Shown here piece by piece: positions 29,553-64,000 of a stretch of 64,000 bases of DNA (position 1 is its first letter; the number at the start of each line of letters is the position of its first letter). The stretch spans positions 558,001-622,000 of the forward strand of contig JAQGDQ010000100.1 in the NCBI GenBank assembly GCA_030141605.1. The letters run 5' to 3'. The DNA is from Tubiluchus corallicola (Eukaryota > Animalia > Priapulida). The notes under the pieces were generated by a model. The model was not told the DNA's origin. It searched no databases and worked only from the letters and a program-made list of their open reading frames with translations. Made by a program: the position numbers and the translations under genes.

Positions 29553-29646
<94 letters not shown>
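29553..29646. repeat. (GA)n microsatellite
   Basis: Read directly. Confidence 0.95.
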
Positions 29647-29647
<1 letters not shown>

Positions 29648-30644
29648 ACTTATTACACACTTTACAGTAATTGGGTTACATACTTGATGCATCAGTGAAT
29701 CAGCTTCATGAATTGAAAAAAGCTGAAAAAACAAAAACTACAACAACATCTTAGCATCTTTACATATCATAGCATAGGTCTTTATCATAATACAGGTGCA
29801 CAGCGGACCTTGTTGAGTAAAAAAGCTATCATTCACTCATTGGGCTGAATATAATATGTTCAAGATATGCCAATGCCAACGGCAATGAGTCGAGAAGCTA
29901 AAGCGCACCGCCTTTATTTTCCAAAAAAATCAAAGTTATTGTTCTTGTACATATGAGAAAGTTGTATCAAGTAACATTAATTCTACTAGTCAGTATATTA
30001 TGATATTACATTATCGGTTAGAAATTTTATTATTACAAGATTTGTTATTATAATTATTATATATTATTTTGTGGTGTTGCAATATGCGTTAAACGTCAAC
30101 TTATTACGTTATGAGTTTTGGGGCTCTTATGCATTTCTTATTTTTTAATATTTTTTAATATGTTATCAGTTTATTTTATTGCATTATTATAGTTGATTTA
30201 TTACATTTGTGTTGATTATTATATTACAATATGGGTTATTTTTGGTATTGCAATATCTGGCGTTTATTGCATTATCAGATGCAACAACATGATAATTATT
30301 TAATGATACATGATAATAAACAAATGTAACTATTATTTCTGCTACTTGCCATTAACAAAAATGTGGGTAATATATATACATATTTAAATATATTAAGCTG
30401 ATTATTATTAATATTATGCATATGGTTTATTTATTTCAAGTGCTACAACTGAATGACATAGAAGTGTATTGACTAATCAAAAAAGAAAGTTTAAGAGCAA
30501 CAAATCTATGCTGGCATAATTTAATAAAAACGTAAAATAAAAGACATGGAATTTGCTTGTAGTTTAACTCTTCAAAGAAGGGCTTTAAAACAGTTAATAC
30601 TTATAAACATTTTATTTACAAATTGTTTTAAGATTTTCAATGGC

Positions 30645-33600
30645 TCATTGTGCTGTTTCCTCCAAAAATTTAGGCGGATTTAATTGTTCTCTTTCTGTTC
30701 GGTTGGTGGTGCCACTGGCAAAGTACTCGCCAATAGTTCCATCTTCCAGGCCTGTCCTCAGAACCACTGGACTGCTAATTGTGTGAATGATATCTCTACA
30801 GGTTCGAGACCTGATAATCTAAAAAACGGTAAATAAATATATTTTGTTTTTAATTAACTTTTAGGAACTTATATTGATGATATGCTTAAGCCGAAGCTTA
30901 GTGTCTTGAAAATGTTTCAATTTTTTGCATTACACGTGTGGTAAAATATCTATTTTGATATTTTTTGATGCTCTGGTTCGACTGGGTAAAATGTACTAAA
31001 ACAAGTCGTTCGGGCGTGTAGTTTAAGATATTTAAGACTATCCAACGAGGGTCGGCATGGACATTATTGTGCAGTTGACTGACAGACATTTCTGAATTTT
31101 TTAAACCTACTGCTATATGTAAAACGAATACAAAATACGAAACGCTCATGATTTGGTACACACTGAGCCAGTGACTGAGACAGAAAATAATGTAATAACA
31201 TTATCGTCATCACGGCGATTGCATACGTTATCAGATAAAACTTACACAAATGATTTTTGGTTTTATCTTTGGGGAAAAAAGCTGGTGTTAAAGAGGCGCG
31301 TGCTGTCATAGAGCTCTGTAAAATATTATAGGTTACCAGATCTTAGTATATTTTGCATACAGCTAAATGTATTACATATTATGCATTTAAAAGTCTGTGT
31401 ACAAACCATGTAACAAGGCGCTGTAGTAATCCAACACAGGAATCCCAATATCCACAGTGGACCACAGTCAAAACAATGCTGATAACGACTATGATTAGTC
31501 AAATACATTCGTGTGTATTTTGATTTTGAGTCTGTCTCAGAGCAGCAGCTGCTGGTGTCTGACTTGAACATATCACTAAACCATTCTCTGATAGATGGAC
31601 CTAAGTCAAACTAAAACAATAGTAAAAATTATTTAACATTTACTTTTGTAAAAAATGAAAGATAAAAATTCAAAATTCAAAATAATTTGTTGAATAAACT
31701 TTGTAAGAACTCATTGGCTATTCGGAAAAATGAGACCAAACCCAAGCGGAAACATTTTCAGATAATCTGATATATTTCGCAAAAATGCAAGAACAGTATT
31801 ATGTCGTATGTTCAATTTGCAAGATATACAAGTTTCTGCAGGTCGAATCGTCAAACAGTAGAACAACTACAAGGGCGACTACGACAAATGAAAAAGTGCA
31901 TTTTGTTCATTTTCCTCAATGAGTGACTAGCACGCATTTAAATCAGGTTTAAAAGAACTTAAATTTAAAGAGTTGTTAATAAAAAAGTGACAAGAACCCC
32001 GACGTGCACAAAAATCCAGAATGAGAAGTCGCTAGACTTGGTTATAATCGACACAATGGACACATCTCCCTAAAATAAGTTTTAAAACTTATTTCCTTTA
32101 TTTAATGTAAAGCTATTATCCCTACTCGACCCAAACCGCTACTCGTCTGGATTTTGTTTTTGTTGTTCTTCTTGTTTTCGTTTGTTTTTATTTTTGTCTT
32201 ATTTGGCTCCGTGAATTTACAATAGATCACCACGAAACTTCATGCGAACGTACTGGAACGAATTTTGCATCGACTGATGAAGTCGGATTTCGATTCGCTG
32301 TTTGAATTTAACATAATTTTCGAAAAAGCCTTAATCTCCACCAATTTGCAATGGATCCTCATGAAACTGGAATGTACTAAAGCGAATTCTGCATCAATTG
32401 ACAGAGTCAGTTTTTCGATTTGCCATCTTGAATTCAAAATGACGGCATTGACGTCACTTCTGATCCACAATATTGAGTTCAGCGACTTGCTCGATCAATA
32501 TCTCGAGTCGAACTTGTTTATTCCACATTTTCATTTGACTTTTAGCTGTAGAATCTAACTATGGCATAAACGGCCGCATAAAGCACGTAACAAATGTTAA
32601 ATGAAAACACCACTTTTCCTCTCGTCTATGTTTATTACACGTGCGGTGTGCAAATATTAAACCTATAAATCGCGTATTATATCATATTTAAACACAAGCC
32701 CTGTAAACGTGACAGGATAAATAAAGGATAGGTCAAAAATTAACAATTTTGTATGACATGGCTACTTAGGCCGGCATGCCCCATTCCATCGTTGTATGTT
32801 AAGGTTAAAACTTATTGAATCTTACACACGTGTTACTAATTATTTAAAATTTTAAATTACTGTGTCTGGTCAATAAGATTAAAATACGTTTTAGATTAGT
32901 AAGTGGCGCACCCTGGAGGATGAGTCAGAGACATCTTACCATTTGCTGAAAACATTTAAAATTTTTATTTTTAGTTACACAAGTCTTGCCAAGTAAGTAA
33001 TATAGAATTGCATGGAAAATTTTTTGGGTCATAATTTAACATTGCCTTTTCTTCCCCCGATTTACGTGTTTTAGTGAGGTCAAGTAATGGCGACTTCGGA
33101 ACAGTATTGCGGGAGATTTCTTTTAACGCGAGTACGATATATGTTTAAAATGCTGCAAAGTAATATAATTTTTAAGGCGATGTTTCTGAAGCATACTTCA
33201 GGCACCCCTTTCTTGTCCTTTAAAAGACATATAGCCACGTTTGGGTTTACGACGATATCCTCTCTGCAAGCGATAAATAGTCGGAAGCAGTATGGCGGAA
33301 GTATATCCCTGAACCTGTTTCCCGGCGGTCGTGGCAATCTATTTACTTAACCAGGCCTAGTGTTGCTTAACGTTGCATCCACATGGTTCTTTTTTCTGCC
33401 TCGATTAAAAAGAAAATGTACCTCTAAACAGCATTTTTCTCCTGATCGCAATGCTGTAACACATTCCAAAAATTTGGCTTCTATGCCTGGTTTGAGATGA
33501 GGGTGCGAGAAGTTAACCAGAGCCGCAAAATCGGCTGAAACAAAAAACGGTTTTTCCACTAAAAATAAAGTTTGACAATTGGAAAAAAACAAGTTTTTAA

Positions 33601-35921
33601 GCCATTACTATAAATGCCGTTAGATTTTTAAATTGTCTGGCATTTGTATGCAATTGAACTCCAAAATGGGTTCTCAGTCGTCAGTAATTGGACGCTTAAG
33701 GGTCTGCAATATGTATATCAGAGCTAAAAAATGTGCCGAAGTTTTGAATACGATATGATAAGAATAACTTAATGTAATCGTTTGAAAATTATCTTATAAT
33801 GTTACCGGACGTTCATATATAAACACCTTAAGTTTCAGTTAGATTAGTCCAAAGTTTAACAACATGTCAAAAAATGTGTCACTATTATTAAAATTTACAG
33901 CAATTAAGTGCTCTACATGTCCACCATGTTCAATGCTAGACTAGATCAAGGTATTGCTTCCGATAGCTAACACAGTCTCACTTCTTTGAGAGGTATTTGG
34001 TCCCAGCTCTCAACAAGTTTTGTCAATAGTTCCTTTGCATCAAACGACTCTAAACGACCGTCGTACGTTTTCTCTTTAAATGAATTCCAGATCCAGAGCC
34101 AGAGCTTTAAGTCCTATTTTTCCTTAAAACAAATCTTTATCAGTGCTATATTTTCTGTGATGATGTAAACTGGTTGATTTCTTTATTGTTTTGCTGCCAT
34201 GTATTGCATGCTTTATGGTTACACGGCTGTTTTTCAGTTAATGATCATAGCTGACAGTGTTCCAGCATTTAAATTTTTAACACGCAGAAAATTTTTAGCC
34301 GTAACTAAAAAAACACTAACACTTTGACAGCCAAAAGTTAATGTATTGTAATGTCACGCTGTCAAATTTTAACTTCGTAGGGCACTTCCCCTAATATTAT
34401 TGTAGTCTTAAACTTCGACACATTTTTTGTACGCCATCCGAATTGGTACAAAATTCTAAATAATATGAAACGATACCGTTCCAAGTTGTTGTTAATGTAC
34501 CCACGCCCACAAAGGTCCTCTGTATGTGAATTACGTGAACTCTTAGTAGCACGTACTTTGACATCAGTTCATCACGAAGTTGAAAAAATTCTTCTTCAGT
34601 TTCCACGTGGAATATTCTGTGAAAACAGGATGTAGATTTATTGTAGGAAAACTATTAGTGTATGCAAGAAAAAACATAGCTGTTGATATTTGTAACAGAC
34701 TATTTTACTTAACTATATAAAAATCGAAGGCTTAATTAAGATTTAAACTTTAAACTTTTTAACTGCAATTGGGCCCTCTGGCAACATTCAACGGTAGGGC
34801 CTGCTCAACGCAGATTCCTGTAGCGAGACCGGTGCTTGGCTCATTATCAACGGTTTGCCTCCTATGATGAGACACTGATTAAAAATTATCAGCATGAAGC
34901 TAAGAATGTGTATTCAAACAACGGCAGCTTTCTGTTCGCTGCAGAGCTTTCTTGTATCAACCAACGTTGTCCTGTTTTCTTGCTATTTTCAATTTACATA
35001 AAATTCAAGTTCTTTATCGTGTAAATTTCACCCATATAGTTCAGCCATGAATCATCACAAACGAATCGTCAACGAGTAAACAACACGCCCAAAGCTCTCG
35101 AAACTATCAGAAAATTTAAGGTGCCTGATATAATAATTAATAAAAAAATTGGCGAAGCATTCGGGTTAACCAAGGACAGTTTAACACTGTACATGTGTAT
35201 ATATAACATGATAAGCCAAGAATAAATGTATTGCTCGGAGACAAGACTGGCAGTACGGTACGGTACGAAAAATATCGTACTTCGTACCTCTAAAAATATC
35301 GTACCGTAATTGCGTACCGTACCTACAAAATCGAATCGTACCATACTAATACGAAAAGATCTCGTACCATAATTTCGTACTAAATTTTGTACCAAGTGCA
35401 TGTAGGATTTACTATAAAAAGATAAAAAGAGTAGCATAAAAATTAATTGTAAAAACGATAAGTTTATCAATTATTGTTATGAATTTATGCGTACTTTAAA
35501 AACAAAAGCAGTCTGATGATAAAAATTATATCAAGCACAAGATGAAATAACAACTCCAGCTTCCAAACAACTTGTGGCTTTGCATTACATTACAAGAAAC
35601 ATTACACGAAATTGGGGATAAGTGGTACGGAAAATGTACGATAAAGATACGAACAAGGTTTTCCGTAATTTCGTACCGTACTTTTAAGCCGTACCGTACT
35701 GCAAACCTTGCTCAGAGACGACATATATACAACCAGGCAATAAGACCTCTAATGAAAATATCTTACCGACTATCTTCATCTTCTAGTAATAATGTTAACA
35801 CTTTATTCGTATCGAATATTAACTGATCATCATCACCTTTCTCAAACAAATCATGCATTAAACTCGGATTTTCGTTAAATTCCGGCCACGCTATCACAGT
35901 AACAGGAGGTATTGCTGCCAT
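30645..35921 (-). CDS. Uncharacterised 224-aa protein with a Cys-rich hydrophobic segment; 5 exons: 35921-35767, 34616-34557, 34455-34374, 31610-31407, 30818-30645
   Basis: All four introns are GT-AG and phase-compatible (2,2,0,0), giving an open frame MAAIPPVTVIAWPEF...DSRIFHVETEEEFFQLRDELMSKILYQFGW...GEVPYEFDLGPSIREWF...HCFDCGPLWILGFLCWITTAPCYMIIRSRTCRD...EETAQ*. AATAAA ~30 nt after the stop. The exon 3 donor (GTTAAA) is weak. Confidence 0.6.
33905..34100 (-). mobile_element. Tc1/mariner transposase C-terminal remnant
   Basis: IWNSFKEKTY...KELLTKLVESWDQIPLKEV and, after a frameshift, IEHGGHVEHL match the W..LK/L...W..I/GGH.E tail of Tc1/mariner transposases. Confidence 0.6.
35242..35710. 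mobile_element. hAT-type MITE
   Basis: TIR caagactggcagtacggtacgg / ccgtaccgtactgcaaaccttg; 8-bp TSD ctcggaga (35234-35241) / ctcagaga (35711-35718); internal cgtacc repeats. Confidence 0.8.
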
Positions 35922-37786
35922 GTTATGGACAGATATGCAACAAAATTTCCTCCTGGCAAGGGGCAAGTATGAATATAATGTACAAAGTTCACAGTTATTA
36001 AAACTGCGGTGCTTTGAGCAATATCAAGGCAGCGGCTGCTTTATTAGTCGACAGAGATTCGCCATCTGTACGCCATCTATTGGCGAGGCAAACACTAAAC
36101 ATGCAAAAATTCACAAGTTTTTTTACGTAATATGACAGTATATTGTCCGGCACCGTAAGAGACGACACAATACTGCATAGTGGTTTAATTTACTCATAAA
36201 TTATAACGTTAAGAAATCAGGAACGATAGTACAATTCATATTTCAGTAATACACTTTCGTCTGACAAGCGTATCTTGTTTTATAAAATCCTTTTTAAATA
36301 GCCAATTGTAAAAGCGAAACTGTATTTACCCATGAAGAAGGGAGTGAAGAGAAATGTCCTAAAAATGCTAATGACTTGAAACAGTTTTTCGCAAACAAAA
36401 TTAGGTAATTTACGTTTAGACATTTAAGACTTTCTGAAAATAAATTAATTTTACATAATTAATAGATTACAAAAATACGAAAAGAAGGGCCTTAAAATCA
36501 TCAGACATTATTAAATGAATTAAGTGCTCATTGGCATTTTTTTTGAAAAATGGCAAATCCAATCACTTTGAAGTGACTTTTGTTCTTGCTTCTCTTCAGT
36601 TATGTTTTATGTAACTGAATTATGAGAGATGCAGTAAGAGTATTACAACTTGTAACAAAGGAAACTGGGACAGGGTGATCAAGAGTGAAACAGAAAAAAC
36701 TTATTTTCTAGATCCTTCCTTCGCACCCATTGGAGTTGCCCAGGTTAAGAACCACTGGTCTAGTCACACAGCAAAAGCTGTGGAATTAAATGAAATCAAC
36801 GGCAATATTTTGACACTGGGATACGAACTTAGTTAAGTAGGGAAATTTGTAAGCCACTCATGGGTGCCAAGCAGCTTTCCAAAACAAATCTCTACATGTT
36901 CTGAAACTGTTACTACGCCAAGTTTGACTAGACGGTGCCTTCACTTAATTTAACAATTGATAAATAGCTAAGTTATGTATTCATAAGGAAAATAAAGAAA
37001 TATTTAATCACAATACGATTTATAAATTATAACGACATTTGGTGAAACCACTGCTCCCTTCATCAGGTCACATAAAATATCGTTGTAACAATAACAAATA
37101 AGCATTGACTATATTTTTAGTAATTTATCATGCTGTCTTAGCCTACAATATCTACTTAGTTCTTCATGTTACTAACCAGCTTCACACTGCATTGAAAACA
37201 ATATGCCTTAACTTGAAAAAAAGTGTTGCTTACATGTTACACTTCCCAGCTGACCGAGACGATTGTGATATGATAATGCAGAAAGCGCATTAATTTGTTC
37301 ATATCGACTGCAATCTAGCAGTAAAAATACTAGTTTTTTGCGCTTGTGCTAAATATTTACGGTTTAAAACTTTGGAAACGATGTTACAACTACAATCTAA
37401 CAAACGTCAGAGCTACATTCAGGATTAGCTAAAGGATTAGCCAACTTTTTCGGGGTTGAATATCCGTTTAAACTGCAAGCAAAATTGCAGCCGAATTGAA
37501 TTTGCCGCATCTTAAAGTACTAGAAAGAAAGTGTTTTTATAGTACTGTGCGCCGTGCAATAAAAGTAAACCATTCTGTTTTAGCTAATATTAGAAATAGT
37601 AACGTCTACTTACGTTCTTTAATATGGATCAAGTGGCAAGACAAGCTATTCGTATATTAATTTTATTTTAGCTTTGTAATTAGTATTTGTAAATATTGAT
37701 ATGTAGTTTTTAATTTTATATATAATTGTATTTTATGCTATATGAACGAGAAGCCTGAAATAAATGTCTATCTATCTATGTACAGG

Positions 37787-37796
37787 GCGCATGCGC
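37787..37796. promoter_or_regulatory. NRF1/Ewg-type palindrome GCGCATGCGC upstream of IR25a
   Basis: Exact motif ~170 nt upstream of the predicted ATG; function is inferred only. Confidence 0.35.
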
Positions 37797-37961
37797 ATCG
37801 ACTGCATGAAACTATTCCTGGAAGCCCGTGATCCCGTTCTTGCAATAATCACAAATGGAAAACCGTTTTAAATCATTCTCTTGTAATATCCTTTACATCA
37901 TGCGTTTCATTTACGGCGACAGTTGAAGTGGATAAAGTGTTGTGCATGGCTAATCATAACT

Positions 37962-63244
<25,283 letters not shown>

Positions 63245-64000
63245 GATCAAATTAACCAACACAAAATTCACAATCTGTCTAGCTATAATAGAGCCATAGG
63301 CTACAGAACATAGTACGTCCCATAGTGGTGATTTAGCAAGTTACAGAAGGAGAAATCAAAGCTTCATCAAAGATAAAAATAAAAAACACTACTACCAGTT
63401 TATGTAGAAAATGGTTGTTTGTATGACAAATTGTCTCAGTCGCATTCAGTTTACATACAGTGATGTAATTATGACAGCTTGCCTTTGCATTATAAATAGT
63501 CTCAGTCCTAGTTTGCATAGTCGTATAGCTATGACAGATTGTCAGTTGTAAATACTGAATAAATTTATGGAATTGTTAAAAACGATTTTTGGGTAACGAT
63601 CCCTTATTGATATTAAAACTTAAAATGCAATGATTCCAGACTGTATGATACAATGAGAGATTATGCTGTTAATATAAGGCCTCCATAGTCCAGTTAGAAA
63701 TTATTTGTGCTTCGCCAAGTATATGTGTATTTATATAGCTCTTTGCAGATAATACCGTTGTCTATTACTAATAATAATTTCTTTGGTGTTTGTTACGTTT
63801 TAAGTTATTTGAGTTTGTTAACAAACTTGATGAAAATACATTTCGTCGTCAATTTAATTCATGCAATTTTTTCTGTTAATGAGTTAAATAGGCCTAAACA
63901 GCCAAATCGTCAATTGCCGACCAAGCACGCACCAGGTCTATCAAACCATCCAACGGACCAATACTGTGATCCATTTTTTACTGAATTCGTTAGTCCATAA

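Noticed and set aside
33080-33592. ~170-codon minus frame with one stop, containing NRFRDILP (PTP-like)
   Set aside because: Only a short motif match, no other PTP motifs, and it does not fit the splice phases of the surrounding gene.

Overview
AT-rich, intron-rich animal genomic DNA; an IR25a orthologue points to a protostome invertebrate. I can reconstruct three apparently intact spliced genes. (1) An 18-exon GABA-B-receptor-like class C GPCR (16097-29187, +). (2) A 5-exon, 224-aa Cys-rich membrane-associated orphan gene (35921-30645, -). (3) A 17-exon ionotropic co-receptor IR25a (37962-63244, +). The first 15 kb is decayed: a divergent-IR pseudo-exon followed by a LINE, an alkaline phosphatase pseudogene, and GABA-B exon remnants. 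The most striking system is in IR25a. Its S2 ligand-binding exon is present as three tandem, diverged 133-nt copies (14A/B/C) that can only be used one at a time, and 14C lacks the conserved amino-group-binding Asp. Intron 1 of the same gene carries a ~2.2-kb inverted copy of exon 14C and its flanks. Over ~310 nt around the exon the only mismatch is an A:C at the A of the 14C splice acceptor, in a UAG context. This suggests possible dsRNA/ADAR-controlled exon choice, but a misassembled haplotype or a neutral duplication is not excluded. All gene models were read by eye and no database search was run.
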